Under the pieces are notes generated by a model that was not told the origin of the DNA, did no database searches, and saw nothing but the letters and a program-made list of their open reading frames with translations. A stretch of 64,000 nucleotides of DNA from Eledone cirrhosa. Its lineage: Eukaryota. The first letter of the stretch is position 1; the number at the start of each line of letters is the position of its first letter. The stretch is from positions 24,056,001 to 24,120,000 of the forward strand of contig OZ024760.1 of assembly GCA_964016885.1 (NCBI GenBank), written 5' to 3'. A program made the translations under genes and the position numbers. This document shows positions 13,484 through 28,198 of the stretch, piece after piece.

Positions 13484-13859
13484 TCATTTCATTTTACGTC
13501 CGCTTTTTCCCTGCTTGCAAGGGTGGGACGGGAACTGATGCTGGCTTGATTTCTACAGCTGGATGCCCTTCCTAACACCAACCTCATTTACAGCGAGTGC
13601 TGGGTGCTTTTTGGCCGTGGCACCTCCACGACCACTTTGCAATGGAATGATATGGACCCCAGTCCCTATCATCTCATTTCTACAGCTGAATAAACTGGAG
13701 CAATGTGAAATAAAGTGTCTTGCTCAAGGAAACAACACATCACCCGGTCTGAGAATTGAACTCACAACCTTTCGATTGCAAGGCCAATGCTCTGACCACT
13801 AAGCCATGTGCCTCCATGTATACATATATATATATACATATATATATACATATACATAT

Positions 13860-13892
<33 letters not shown>

Positions 13893-13932
13893 TATATATA
13901 TAAGATCAAAAGATGGTTAAATGAGTTCCATG

Positions 13933-14003
13933 TATTTTATTATGCGCATTTCAAAAACAAATATCATCATGCAATAACATTTGTGTTTTCATCAGATAAA
14001 ATA
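13933..14003 (-). ncRNA. Minimal type I hammerhead ribozyme (GCGC-loop family)
   Basis: TATTTTAT-CTGATGA-stem II-GAAA-T(GCGC)A-TA-ATAAAATA; 8-bp stem I, palindromic loop 3. Confidence 0.88.
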
Positions 14004-14230
14004 GGAGGACATGATATGAAGGTTAAAAACAAAAGTGGATAGTGCAGTTTTAAATCAACATATGTTGATTTAAAACTGCACTATCCACATATATATATAC
14101 ATATACATATATACATATATATATATACATATACACATATATATATACATATACATATACATATATACATATACATACATATACATATATATACATATAC
14201 ATATATACATACACATATATACATACATAC

Positions 14231-14281
<51 letters not shown>

Positions 14282-14598
14282 TACACATATATATATACAC
14301 ATATATATATACACACATATATATACACACATATATATATACATATATATATACATATATATATACACACACATATATATATACACATATATATACACAT
14401 ATATATACACACATATATATATACATATATATATATACATATATATACACACATATATATATACATATATATATATACATATATATATACATACATATAT
14501 ATATATATACATACATATATATACATATATATATATACACATATATATATATACATATATACATATACACATATATATATACATATATATATATACAC

Positions 14599-14635
<37 letters not shown>

Positions 14636-14670
14636 CATACATATATACATATACACATATATATATATAT

Positions 14671-14709
<39 letters not shown>

Positions 14710-14717
14710 CACAGATA

Positions 14718-14763
<46 letters not shown>

Positions 14764-14769
14764 CACATA

Positions 14770-14809
<40 letters not shown>

Positions 14810-14848
14810 CATACACATATATATATATATATATACATATATACATAT

Positions 14849-14889
<41 letters not shown>

Positions 14890-14897
14890 CACACATA

Positions 14898-14947
<50 letters not shown>

Positions 14948-15687
14948 TGTGTGTATATGTATATATATATATATATATATGTGTGTGTATATGTATATAT
15001 GTATATATATATATATATATCATTCTTCAGATAAAAAATAGCAAATCTTTCCTGCTACTACTACTCCCATCACACCTCCCACCGTTATCTCAGATTTTGG
15101 TGATATGTTGTGGTGGGTACACTGAAGATTTGAATGGAGTGGGTGATATGGGGGGGGGGGGGGCAGGTTGAGAGGTGGTGGGGCGTACAGAGGTTAACGG
15201 GGTGACACTTTCCTAGCCTTTTATAAAAAACCCAAAATAGAAACCTGAACCAGGAAGTGAAGAAATACTATTTTTAGTCTTTGCTTCTGCCAAACTAACC
15301 AACTTCTGTTCGGTGGACAATTGCTGAACATGCTAGAAATAGCAGCCAAATCTCTCTCGAATGACATACATACTCTCTGGTCTTGAATAATCGTTTCCCG
15401 CCCACTTGTAAGCAAATGTCCAACCCCACCCTGCTTATTCCATACACACACGCGCACACTGACTCTGACACACACGCCTATTGTTTGGGACAGGGGAACA
15501 ACCCTTTCAGTATCACATTTCATAAATGTTAGCAAGATGGTTAGATAACATCGCTGAACTTGGCTGGTCTCACTTGGGGATCCAACCAGACTGATTGGAG
15601 ATGATGATTTCAGAATTTCACAGCAAAGATTTGCTGGGATTGCTCAATGAAACTGCAGTAGGGACACCGTGAGTAAATACATAAATA

Positions 15688-15857
15688 CCGTATTTCCCAA
15701 CGTCGAAGACTCTACTTTTTTCCTAAAATAAGTCTCAAAAATCTACCATGTGTCCTGGGAGGCCGAAGGTTGTTTATTATTCTTTTTCAAATTTTTGGTT
15801 GTCAAAATTAGGGTGTGGCCTCAAGGATAAAGCTTCTTCAGCGCCGGGAAATACGGC
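15688..15857. mobile_element. Tc1/mariner (pogo-like) MITE
   Basis: TA-CCGTATTTCCC...GGGAAATACGG termini. Confidence 0.6.
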
Positions 15858-17164
15858 AAATTTTTATATTATGTATATACAAATGTAATTTGTATATGGA
15901 GGCACATGGCTTAGTGGTTAGACATTGGCCTTGCAATCGAAAGGTTGTGAGTTCAATTCTCAGACCGGGTGATGTGTTGTTTCCTTGAGCAAGACACTTT
16001 ATTTCACATTGCTCCAGTTTACTCAGCTGTAGAAATGCGATGATAGGGACTGGGGTCCCTATCATTCCACTGCAAAGTGGTCGTGGAGGTGCCACGGCAA
16101 AAAAGCACCCAGCCCACACTGTAAAGTGGTCGTGAAGGCGCCACGGAAGAAAAAGCACCCAGCCTACACTGTAAATGAGGTTGGTTAGAAATCAAGCCAG
16201 AATCAGTTCCCGTCCCACCCTTGCAAGCAGGGAAAAGCGGACGTAAAATGATGATGATGATGATGATGGTATATATATATATGTACTGAAAGGACCCCCT
16301 GGAAGGAGTGTTTGGGAACTCTACCTCCCTCCACAATCCTCACACGAATAAGTGGACATAGAAGGAGAATATGACGTTCATCAAAATATAATGTGCAAGA
16401 CAAACAAGCAAATAACCAGCCTCTCTGAGGTCAATTGCTGAATATGTTAGAAATAGCAGCCAACTATCCCTCAAATGACGCGCTTAACCCTTTTAGTATG
16501 ACTTTTAATGGATGCTATTAGCAATATGGTTGGATAACATCCCTGAACTTGGGACCCAGCCGGATCTGTTGGAGGCAGTTGCTTCTGACAGGACACATGC
16601 ACTCATGTGTGTGTGTGTATGTGTATGTATATAATGATTCATACATTGTTCACTTTCCTGACTGTTGTACATTACTCTATGTAATATACATGCACCTTTC
16701 ATGAGTTGTAGTGCACCCGAGCATTGTATACCATAATTTTTATTATTATTTTTTATTTTTATGGAGATTCATCGTGACAATGTTTTGAATTGTAGGCTTA
16801 CAAGTAATATTTGCCAGCTTAGTGGAATAATGGGACTTGCTCAAGGAATCAAACTCACGACCCTACAGACATGAGCCTAACTCCCTAACTAACCACTAAG
16901 CCATGAGCCATCATCTCAATCATAAAAACAACTTAAATACCATACCACCACCATCACTACAACCACCACCACCACCACAACCCTGACAACCCCAACCTAA
17001 AACCCACAACACCACCACCACATCCCCCAGGACCACAACAACCACCACCACAGCCACCATAAGAAATATCCCAACCACCATATAACAAAAACCGAAACCC
17101 CCACCTCACACCGCCGCCACCTAGCACCACCACCACCTCCCTCCAAGACATATTCTCCATATAA

Positions 17165-17372
17165 CCCTTTAGCATTCACATAACTCTATATATACTGTTG
17201 TATTTTTATGGTAAAGGCTTTATTCCACATAATATCGAATCTATGAGATTTTGTTGTTCTTTATTTTGAGAACAAAACCTTAACATAAGTATGAGTAGCA
17301 AGTTATGACCGGTTTGAACAGAAAGAGGTGATAGAATTCTGGCCGGATATGGCCGGTTTAAATGCTAAAGGG
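17165..17372. mobile_element. piggyBac-like MITE
   Basis: TIRs CCCTTTAGCATT/AATGCTAAAGGG with TTAA-like flanks; inverted copy at 23967-24174. Confidence 0.8.
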
Positions 17373-17385
17373 TTAAAGAACTTAC

Positions 17386-17528
17386 AAAGGGATGTTCCTG
17401 CTGTACACGTCTCCTGCATTCTTTGCCATAAATCACAGTATTCTCTGGCAGACATTCGTCAGTGCTTAGGCAACATTTGGCGCCAACGATACAGCCAGAT
17501 GTCAGCTCTGTATTTCGTCCAACGCTTG
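17386..17528 (-). CDS. DCTN6: DCTN6 exon 6: [47 protein letters not shown]
   Basis: ctttgttttacag acceptor, GTAAGT donor; VGRN..LTSGCI.GA and PENTVIYG motifs. Confidence 0.97.
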
Positions 17529-17669
17529 CTGTAAAACAAAGAGAGACCTCAGTTTACTGCTGGCTCTGTGTGTGTGTGTGTGTCTATGTGTATGTATGTA
17601 TGTGTGCGACTGAAGCTTGCGTGAAAAGTGCAATGTTGCATGCAAATTCTGAAGAGAAATGAAGCAAAC

Positions 17670-18500
17670 TTTTCACTGTGGACTGGGTGCCTTTTGTCAT
17701 GACACCAACATGACAACTTTACAGTGTGGACTGGGTGCTTTTTGTTGCGGCATCTACACAACCACTTTACTGTGTTGATTGGGTGCTTTTTGTTGTGTCA
17801 CCAACACGATCACTTTACAGTGTGGGATGGGAGCTTTTTGGTGTGTCACCAACACAACCCCTTTACAGTGTGGACTGGGTGTTTTTGTCATGACACCTAC
17901 ACGACTACTTTACAGTGTGGACTGTGTGCTTTTTGTTGTGGCACCAGAACGACCACTTTTCAGTGTAGACAGTGCTTTTTGTCGTGGCACCTACACGATT
18001 ACTTTACAGTGTGGACTGGGCAATTTTTGTCGTGTTACCAACATGACCACTTTACAGTGCAGACTGGGTGCTTTTTGTTGTCACCAACACGACCACTTTA
18101 CAGTGTGGACTGGGTGCTGTTTGTCATGACACTTACATTACCACTTTACAGTGAAGACAGGGTGCATTTTGTCATGACACCAACACAATTACTTTACAGT
18201 GTGGACTGGGTGCTTTTTGTTGTATCACGAACACGACCACTTTACAGTGTGGACCGGGTGCTTTTTATTGAGTCACCAACACGACCACTTTACAGTGTGG
18301 ACTGGGTGCTTTTTGTCATGAAACAAACACAATCACTTGACAGTGTGGACTGGGTGCTTTTTGTTGTGGCACCAGATTGACCACTTTACAGTGTAGACTG
18401 AGTGCTTTTTGTCATGACACCTGCATGATTACTTTACAGTTTGGACTGGGCAATTTTTGTTGTCTTACCAACACAATCACTTTAGAGTGTGGACTGGAGA
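17670..18500 (-). repeat. Diverged array of about 48-bp RTE-tail subrepeats
   Basis: TTTACAGTGTGGACTGGGTGCTTTTTG repeats. Confidence 0.9.
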
Positions 18501-19415
18501 CTAGGGGGGGGGGGTGCATATGACGTTCATCAAAATATAATGTGCAAGAGAAACGGCTGTGTTAGTATGGACATGTGATACCTGTGAATGCTGGTTGTTG
18601 GGTGATGAAGAACCAGGAAATGCCACTGGAAGGGGGCTACAGTAGAGGAAGACTGAGTAATGTATATGGATGATGGCTGTTGGGTGATGAAGGACCTCTA
18701 CTACAGCTTCTTTCCCAGTGGAAGGAAGCTGTAGTAGAGGAAGATCAAGGAAAAATATTTTCGCACACTTTGTACCAAACTTCGAAAATTTATTCAAAGG
18801 TTTCTTCTTCTTCAGCCCTTATTATCTAACCATCCTGCTCGGGGTCTACCATTGCGTCGCCTACTGGTAGGTTTTGCCCGTAAAAATCTGTCCAGCGGCT
18901 CTACCTGAAGTGACGCTCTGATTTCTGGGCTGTGCACTTTATTGAGTAACGCTACTCCAAAGACCCTTCAGAGGAATCCTATTTCGGCCGCTTGTATTCG
19001 CGATATTATTCTTTGGGTCATTACTCAAGATTCATGACAATAGGTAAGGGTTGGCATGAAAACCAAATTGAAGATAACGACTTTGGCTTTTATGCTTACC
19101 TCCTTTCTTCTGCAATACTTGCACTTAACTCAGCCTCCTGCCTTCCATCACCCGTGAACACGGCCCTGAAATACATGAACTTCTCTACCTGCTTCAAGGG
19201 AACTCCATTCACATGCAGCATGTGCTGCACAATCTTCCTTCAGAGGACAAACGAGCTTTCTATTCCAATTAGGAAAAGAACTTCAATAAACTGAAATTAT
19301 CCTTGCAATTTAAAAACAAGAACTTCCTTTAGGAGAGGAGGTGATGGGGGACTCAAATTAAGAAAGAGTAAGCAAGGAAGATAACTCATGCAATAAAAAT
19401 CGAACCAAATCTTAC

Positions 19416-19463
19416 CTTTTACTTCAACAACATTGAAGTTACCAATTTTCAAAGATTCTACAT
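19416..19463 (-). CDS. DCTN6: DCTN6 exon 5: VESLKIGNFNVVEVK(A)
   Basis: U12-type branch site TTTCCTTAAG just upstream of CAG, donor G|GTAAGA; resembles SQAMKMGDNNVIESK. Confidence 0.93.
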
Positions 19464-19665
19464 CTGGAAATCTACTTAAGGAAAATTTTGGATTACTCAG
19501 AAAATATATTTTTCAACATATGAAGGTCGGCTGGAAAGTTCATAGGCTGACCAAAACACTCTCATGGAATGACCAAATGAGGTTTATTACTAAGAACAGT
19601 TGAAATTAATGCATGCAAGATTTCACAGCCTAGCATCACTCCTTCAGCCCACTCTTGTGTATGTA

Positions 19666-19703
<38 letters not shown>

Positions 19704-20320
19704 GAGAGAGAGAGATACATATATATAACGAAGGCCCTCTTCGGTCATGAATGACCATGAGATTTATACCTAGAAAGTTCCCCTCCGAGGCACAGGTCCG
19801 GACAAGGTTGTTTGAGGAAGACCAGCAGTTGCCCATGCATACCAGTCTCTCCTCTCCATGCCACCGATGATGTCCAAGGGACCGGCAATGGCCGATAAAG
19901 CTTGGCACCAGTGACGTCACAACGTGAAATGAAGTGTCTTGCTCAAGGACACAACGCATCACCCGGTCCGAGAATCAAACTCACAACCACTAAGCCATGC
20001 ACCTTCACACACACCCGACCATTCCCACATCAAATGGAACAAAACAGCGTGGAAGATGATGAAGATTATGACGATATATATATTTATGTATTACATAATT
20101 CCAAAGGAAAAAAGAGTGCTCTATGTAGAGAACAGAGCTATATAATTAGAAAGTGAACAATGTAAAATAATTATATAGACATCTGGATCAGTTGTCAGAC
20201 AGAGATGTTATATAACATGTCTGACAACCGATCCAGACGACTATATTATTATCGTCTGTAATCCAGAAACCTTTGGTAATGGAGTAGTTATATTGTGTGT
20301 TGTTCCCTTTCTAATTAAAT

Positions 20321-20396
<76 letters not shown>

Positions 20397-20404
<8 letters not shown>

Positions 20405-20886
20405 GTTTGTATATGTATAATAAAGCCAAAACAATGCAGGTATGGACATAGAATAAAGAATGCAAATGCAAAAGATATTGTTGACAATTAGTCTTTTACC
20501 TTAGATTTATTTAAATGTCCTTAATTTTTGAGATAATAGCTCTTCTTCAGAGGGAAGTAAAGTTGTCAACCAGTGTTCTAAATTGCTTGCCAAGTCATGC
20601 TGACAAGAAAAGGTAAAAGACTAATTGTCAACAATATCTTTTGCATTTGCATTCTTTATTCTATGTCCATACCTGCATTGTTTTGGCTTTATTATACATA
20701 TACAAACATTTATACCTCATTACACAATGCTTCAAGTGAACTATAACCTCCTCCTATCTGATGATTTCTAAAGAATGAAACAGTTCTAGTCCTGTAGAAT
20801 CTCATCTATATTAAAACTTTTATACTCTGCTATGTATTGAGTACCTTACTTACTGTGGTTACCTCCGATTCAACCCGGAATAACGT
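20397..20886. mobile_element. Inverted-repeat element with degenerate hammerhead-like core, family E
   Basis: Arms 20397-20502 and 20610-20714; CTGATGA-TTTC(TAAA)GAAT-GAAA-CAG...CTG-TA from 20758 but stem I does not pair; homolog at 59852-60050. Confidence 0.5.
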
Positions 20887-21394
20887 ATATATATATATAT
20901 ATATATATATATTGAGTTAAGAACTCAGGATAGTCTCTTACAATTAAATAGCTCTAAGAAAAAAGCTTTTCCAAGCCGTTCAATATAATTGAATAAACAA
21001 GAGAGATGAACACAAATATAAACATACATGTGTTTGAATCGTAAGGAGTAAAATTTGCTAGGGTGAAAAAATACTAACTACAGCAATATAGTTTGTTATC
21101 CTTAACTTTAAATATTAAATTAAGAAAAATAACAGACCTATATTGGGCAAAAATGCCTGGTAACAACTAGAGTGCTGGAGACTGTTTCGCAACGACTTAT
21201 TAAGTGAAGTTCTCACGTTTCTCTGCTCCTCAGTAGGTGTTGTATATATATATAAAACACTGTCTCGTTTTCTAGTAAGGATAAAATCTATCTGGCTGGC
21301 GTGCTCCCCTGATCTATAGATGATCAAGTGATTGTCTCGTTTTTTTAAGTTGGTTACAGAAAGTTCTATACAAGCGAAACATGGTCACCCGACC

Positions 21395-22072
21395 AATCTT
21401 GCCTCAAGTGGGATAAACCCGTCCAGCCCATGCTAGATGGACGTTAAATCTTGCCTCAAGTGGGACAAACCCGTCCAACCCATGCTAGATGGACGTTAAA
21501 TCTTGCCTCAAGTGGGACAAACCCGTCCAACCCATGCTAGATGGACGTTAAATCTTGCCTCAAGTGGGACAAACCCGTCCAGCCCATGCTAGATGGACGT
21601 TAAATCTTGCCTCAAGTGGGACAAACCCGTCCAACCCATGCTAGATGGACGTTAAATCTTGCCTCAAGTGGGACAAACCCGTCCAACCCATGCTAGATGG
21701 ACGTTAAATCTTGCCTCAAGTGGGACAAACTCGTCCAACCCATGCTAGATGGACGTTAAATCTTGCCTCAAGTGGGACAAACCCATCCAACCCATGCTAG
21801 ATGGACGTTAAATCTTGCCTCAAGTGGGACAAACCCGTCCAACCCATGCTAGATGGACGTTAAATCTTGCCTCAAGTGGGACAAACCCGTCCAGCCCATG
21901 CTAGATGGACGTTAAATCTTGCCTCAAGTGGGACAAACCCGTCCAACCCATGCTAGATGGACGTTAAATCTTGCCTCAAGTGGGACAAACTCGTCCAACC
22001 CATGCTAGATGGACGTTAAATCTTGCCTCAAGTGGGACAAACCCGTCCAACCCATGCTAGATGGACGTTAAA
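21395..22072 (+). repeat. Minisatellite, 52-bp unit, 13 copies
   Basis: TCTTGCCTCAAGTGGGACAAACCCGTCCAACCCATGCTAGATGGACGTTAAA, matching the extreme RTE 3' tail. Confidence 0.95.
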
Positions 22073-25000
22073 CGATGATGATGAAAAACGAAATTCTACA
22101 GCTAACACCTGTACAGATTCTGCTCAAGGTTATATCTCAGAGGGAGTTATTCTTTCTTAATGTTTTAGTGAAAGGGGACCCCAGTATTACCATGAAAAGC
22201 AACATAAAATGAAGTACCTTACCACAAAATATCACATACCATCTGCTCTAGGAGTTGAACTCACAACCTTATGATAGTGAGTTTAACACCCCTAACCAAT
22301 AAGCCAGATCACCTTACAATATATCATATAACATATTTGGTTAATTAATAAATAACATATTGAGTTAATTATATGGGTGATGTTGGTTAATTAGAAATGT
22401 AATATTTGGTGGTGGTGGTGGTGGTGATGATAGTGGTGGTGGTGGTGGCAATGATAGTGGTGGTGGTCGTGGTGATGATAGTAGTGGTGGTGATGATGTT
22501 GGTGATGATGGTGGTAGTAGTAGTAGTGGTGGTGGTGGTAGTGATGATGGTTGACGGTGTAAAGTTTTCAATTATAAGGCCAACTAGAACAAGGGTGACC
22601 TAGGGCTAAACAACTCCCCCCACCAAACCACCACCAAGAACAACAACAACACCACCACCACCAAGACTATACAATAGAGTGCTAGTTCATTATAATTCAA
22701 GACAGTAATTATAATAATTAGAACTGCTGATGTAACTGAGCCAATGAGAGAAGTCTTCTTGAGGCCACACATCCTAATAAAAATGTTTATTGTTTAGCGA
22801 GGGAAGGAAGGGCTGTGTCATTGACCTCAAACCCCTCCCCACTGCTTCAGGACTTACTTGACTAGTGGGTGAGGGAGAGAAAGAAGAGCTGTGTCAATGG
22901 CCCTCTGGTAGGAGGGAGGGCTGACTATAGCCCTCTCCAATGCCTGTGAAAGGATGGTTTCATTAGTCCAGAGATGAGGGGCTGTGTCAATGGCCCTCTG
23001 GTGGGAGGTTCTTTAGTCAGGGAGGGGAGGGCTGACTATGGCCCTCTACAAGGCCTGTGAAAGGATGGTTTCATTAGTCCATCTCTGGACTATGAAGGGC
23101 TGCATCAATGACCCTCTGGTGGGCTTACTGGAATGGTGGAAAAGAGGGCGGTATTCTTAGACAGGGAGAGGAAGACTGTATCTATGGTCCCTTTTCTGGT
23201 CCCGTCAACACTGGTGGGAGGTGTTCCCAAGCCAGAGAAATGGTCCTGTCTAAATCCTCCAGAGAGGAGGGGTGCATCAATGACCCTCAGGTGGGCCTAC
23301 TGGAATGGTGGAAGAGAATGAGGGGAAGGAAATATTCTTATTCAGGGAAGGGAGAGAGGAATCCTTATTCAGGGAGGGGGAGGACTGTATTTGCGGCCCC
23401 TTTTCAGGTCTACCAACACTGGTGGGAGGTGTCAAGCCAGAGACATGGCCCTGTCCAAATCCTTGAAACAAAAAGAACTCTACTAAAGTCAGCTGAGGGT
23501 CATGTAGGACAGGAGAAGAGAACCGATGACAATGTGGTTCAAGTCTATCCTAAACCCAAAGAATCTTTGTTACCAGCGATTACCTGTTACCTCGGTGTTA
23601 AAGTCCCAACCCAAGATCTTCATTACCAGCAATTACCCGTTTCCTCGGTGCTATGGTCCCAAGCCAAGATCTTCATTACCAGCAATTACCCCAGTTTCCT
23701 CAGTGTTAAGGTCCCAAGCCAAGATCTTCATTACCAGCAATTACCCCAGTTTCCTCAGTGTTAAGCTACTAAGAGTACAAGACTTTACCCCCTGGACAGG
23801 ATTGCCAGTCCATCGCAGGGTTAAACCTCCAGCTATTGCTGGTACTCATTTTCAGCTGAGCATACTGTAGTAACGTGAAATGAAGTATTTTACTCAAGGA
23901 CACAACATACAACCCAGTCCAGCAATCAAACTCACAACATTTTGATTGTAAGTGTCCAACTTTTAACCCTTTAGCATTTAAACTGGCCATATCCGGCCAG
24001 AATTCTCTCACCTCTTTCTGTTCCAACCAGTTGTAATCGGACACTCATACTGATGTTAAGGTATTGTTCTCAAAATAGCGAATATCAAAATCTCATAGCT
24101 TCGATATTATGTAAGATAAAGTGTCTACTGTGAAAATATAATAGTAAATATAGAGTAATTTAAATGCTAAAGGGTCAAACCACAGACCACATACATTCAT
24201 TTTGTTCAGTTATTTCTTCTCACTCTCTATATTTCTATTTCATTTCTCATTCTATCTTCTGATGAAGGACTCGTGTCCAAAACACAGAATCTTTACCTAC
24301 TACATCAAGCATTAAACTAACATATTTCTTCATTGAACTGTGTTGTTAACTTTGTTGTTTCCATTTACTTTTTGCATACACACACACACATCGGTGTCAC
24401 AACAAAAAGCACCCAGTCCACACTGTAAAGTGGTGATGTAGATATCACAACAAAAGGCACCCAGTCCACACTGGGTTGTGTAGGTGTCATGACAAAAAGC
24501 ACCTAGTCCACACTGTAAAGTAGGTGACACGATGAAAAGCACCCAGTACCTACTGTGAATGTGGTTGGTGTTAGGAAAGGCATACTGCTGTAGAAACTAA
24601 GCCAAAACCAGTTCGGTATGAGCAAGATATGATCACCTGACCTAGACTTGCCTCAAACAGGACAACCCATCTAACCCTTGCTAGCGTAGAAAATGGACAT
24701 TAAACAGTCATCATCATCACCGTTTTACGTCTGTTCTTCCATGCTAGCATGGGTTAGACGGGTTGTCCTGTTGTGGGCAGTGTCTGGTCGGCTGACCATG
24801 CCTTGCTCATACAGGAACTGATTTTGGCTTGATTTCTACAGCTGGATGCCCTTCCTAACACCAACCTCATTTACAGTGAGTGCTGGGTGCTTTTTTGCCA
24901 TGGCACCTCCACGACCACCTTGCAGTGGGAGGGTGTGGGGGCATATTGTCTATATGCTTCAGCTTGTACCCATGGGGGGTCGGGTACTCTGTATTAAACA

Positions 25001-26559
25001 GTGATGATGATAATATATATATATATACATATTTATGTTAGGTAATTCCGAAGAAAAAGCAATGGGAAAAAGAGTGCTCTATGTATAGAACAGAGCTGTT
25101 TAATTAGAAAGTGAACAACACAAAATATAACTAATCCATTACCAAAGGTTTCTGGATCGCAGACAATATTAATATACATCTGATGACAGTGAATTGGCAG
25201 TATCAGTAGAGGGTCTGATGCCATGCTTTGATGCATAGAGTTACGGCCCTTGCCCTTCTGAGTTCAAATCCCGCCAAGGTTAACTTTGCCTTTCATCCTT
25301 ATGGGGTCGATAAAATAAAGTACCAGTAATGTACTGGGTAATTGCTGGCCTTGTGCCTAATAGTAGAAACAATTATTATTATACATCTGGATTGTTCATC
25401 AGACAGATATGTTATTAACATCTGTTATATTTTGTGTTGTTCGCTTTCTAATTAAATATAAAAAATAAAAAGATTTCGCTCTACATGGCTGAATACAATC
25501 AATGTAAGCTGTAAGCCAAGTTTTTCGAATATTAATATGTATATTGGAGACACATGGCTTAGTGGTTAGAGCATTGGCCTTGCAATCGAAAGGTTGTGAG
25601 TTCAATTCTCAGACCGGGTGATGTGTTGTTTCCTTGAACAAGACACTTTATTTCACATTGCTCCAGTTTACTCAGCTGTAGAAATGAGATGATAGGGACT
25701 GGAGCCCCTATCATTCCACTGCAAAGTGTTCGTGGGGGTGCCAGGGCAAAAAAGCACCCAGCACTCACTGTAAATGAGGTTGGTGTTTGGAAGGGCATCC
25801 AGCTGTAGAAATCAAGCCAGAATCAGTTCCCGTCCCACCCTTGCAAGCAGGGAAAAAGTGGACGTAAAATGATGATGGTGATGATGATGATGATTAATAT
25901 TCGAATATTAATGCAGTTCTGTTTACATGCCAACACAAGAGCAATAATGAGGGGCTCATTCTAATGAGATGGCTTTAAAAGTGAGGCTTGTTTCCTTAAT
26001 TGCAAATGAATCGAATGTTATTATTAATATTAAAAAAACTCAGATTACATTAATTAAATATATATATGTGTGTGTATATATACACACACACTTCATTTTG
26101 CGTTCCAACTCGTTACCAAGACTACTTAACAATTTCCTTTCTTTACTTGGGTCTCCTTTATTTCTGTCTCCCATTTGTGACCCTGTCCCTATTTTGTACT
26201 CCTTGAACTATATAAATATATATGTCTGTGTGTCTGTGTCTGTGTGTGTGTGTGTTAGTATAAATTTAAATTCTTATCATTTACAGGAAGTTAGTTGCGC
26301 AAAACATTGGTTGATAAGGAGTGGGGGGGAGGTGTATGAGGAGGGGGGGGGGAATAGAGTGGATCCTGAATTGTATGTGTTGGGGTTGGTGGGTCTGTGT
26401 AGCTGTGTATGTGTGGGAGAGGGGCATTAGAGGGGTGTTATGTGTATGTGTAACAAACTGTGGTTGATAAGTAAGGAGTGGGGAAGATGGGGTGGGGGAC
26501 AAGGAGCGTGATTTCTGAATTTGAAAATGCATGTGTAGTGGTGAGAGGTGTTGGGTTGG

Positions 26560-27160
26560 TGCAGCCGTGCGTATGTGAGAGGAAGGGTTAGTGTTTGTGT
26601 GTGGGGGGGTCGGTGTAGCGTGTGTGTGAGGAAGGGTTAGTGTTTGTGTGTAGGGGTCGGTGTAGCGTGTGTGGGGGTCGGTGTAGCGTGTGTGGGGGTC
26701 GGTGTAGTGTGTGTGAGGGGAAGGGTTAGTGTTTGTGTGTGTGGGGGTTGGTGTAGCGTGTGTGGGGGTCGGTGTAGCGTGTGTGGGGGTCGGTGTAGTG
26801 TGTGTGAGGGGAAGGGTTAGTGTTTGTGTGTGTGGGGGTTGGTGTAGCGTGAGTGGAGGGTCAGTGTAGCGTGTTTGTGTGTGGGGGTTCGGTGTAGCAT
26901 GTGTGGGGGTCGGTGTAGCATGTGTGAGAGGAAGAGTTAGTGTTTGTATGTGTGGGGGTTGGTGTAGCGTGTGTGGGGGGTCGGTGTAGCGTGTTTGTGT
27001 GTGGGGGTTCGGTGTAGCGTGTTTATGTGTGGGGAGTCGGTGTAGCATGTGTGAGAGGAAGGGTTAGTGTTTGTGTGTGTGGGGGTTGGTGTAGCGTGTG
27101 TGGGGGGGTCGGTGTAGCGTGTTTGTGTGTGGGGGTTCGGTGTAGCGTGTTTGTGTGATG
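26560..27160. repeat. Complex GT-rich minisatellite
   Basis: GGGGGTCGGTGTAGCGTGTGT and GAGGAAGGGTTAGTGTTTGTG modules; another short-unit array (AACAAAACCTAGCCCTACCCCC) at 28970-29400. Confidence 0.9.
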
Positions 27161-27307
27161 TAAGAGCTGTCAAGGCCATATGAAACTATGTCACGTTAAT
27201 AGATTAGATACCAATTTAACCTAACAGCCATGGACCATTTCCTCTGGCATAACATTACTGCTAAATATATCTCCCCGTATTATCTCTCTCTATACACACA
27301 CACACAC

Positions 27308-27341
<34 letters not shown>

Positions 27342-27536
27342 CCAGGGAGTGTAAGGTGAAGCTACTGTAGGTTCGTTCACCCAGGTGAGCACTAAATGGT
27401 TTAGGTTCATGTCAGTGACGAGGTGAGGTATAGAGCTAAACATAATGAAGACCCAACAAATCGTCCTTGTATGATTATTCTCGGAGGTTTCCCCCCTATT
27501 GGGGAATTTTTCATTGTTTCAATTTTCATTTTTATT

Positions 27537-27577
<41 letters not shown>

Positions 27578-27918
27578 TCTATGTCCTTTTTTCCTTTTCT
27601 TATATAAATAATAAAAATATTTACACGCACAAAACCCACATCGTACTGTCCTGTACCATCTGTAATGTTTTTCTTGATGTCAGCCCTTGTGGCCAATAAA
27701 GAAATTGTTGTTGTTGTTGTTGTTGGTGGTGATGGTGTTGTTGCTGCTGTTGTTGTTGTTGTGTGCGTGCGTGTGTGCGAGCGTGTGATATTCTGCCTGG
27801 ATTTGCGACCGGCAGATAACATTAGCAGTTGGAAACATTGTTCCCCTGGTCCCATTTGACGAGCTCCACCCCACTCGTTAAGTGAATATGGTTTGGGATC
27901 TTGTCGATCGACTGTTGA

Positions 27919-27949
<31 letters not shown>

Positions 27950-27954
<5 letters not shown>

Positions 27955-28198
27955 CAAGCAAATTATAAATGTTGAAACGGTGCGCGAGTTTGAAAATTAG
28001 AAATTAGAAATTATAAGCTTTCACCATATTTTAGACTAAAGAAATTTCTAGCCTGATAGTGGGGTTTATAACCCTCGGAGAAATGGAAAAAGATGGGTGT
28101 TGCCGTATGTACGGCAACACTCATCTTTTTATAAACCCCACTATCAGGCTAGAAATTTCTTTAGTCTAAAATACGGTGAAAGCTTATAATTTCTAATA
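27950..28198. mobile_element. Palindromic element in (TA)n, related at its end to 44340-44940
   Basis: Arms about 28003-28070 and 28129-28197, inner hairpin centred near 28109; shares TTTGAAAATTAG...GACTAAA. Confidence 0.6.

Noticed and set aside
18572-18730. Minus-strand exon-like island in DCTN6 intron 5
   Set aside because: Exons 5 and 6 join colinearly with known DCTN6 without it; it contains a local duplication and inversion and no recognisable peptide.
23108-23764. 218-aa ORF
   Set aside because: Made of degenerate local repeats and a roughly 52-bp tandem array; no recognisable domain.
24250-24292. CTGATGA-AGGAC(TCGT)GTCC-AAAA; also cores at 15024(-), 20541(-), 30946, 40214, 40613
   Set aside because: GAAA or stems I/III are missing; at best decayed or half ribozymes, so not called.
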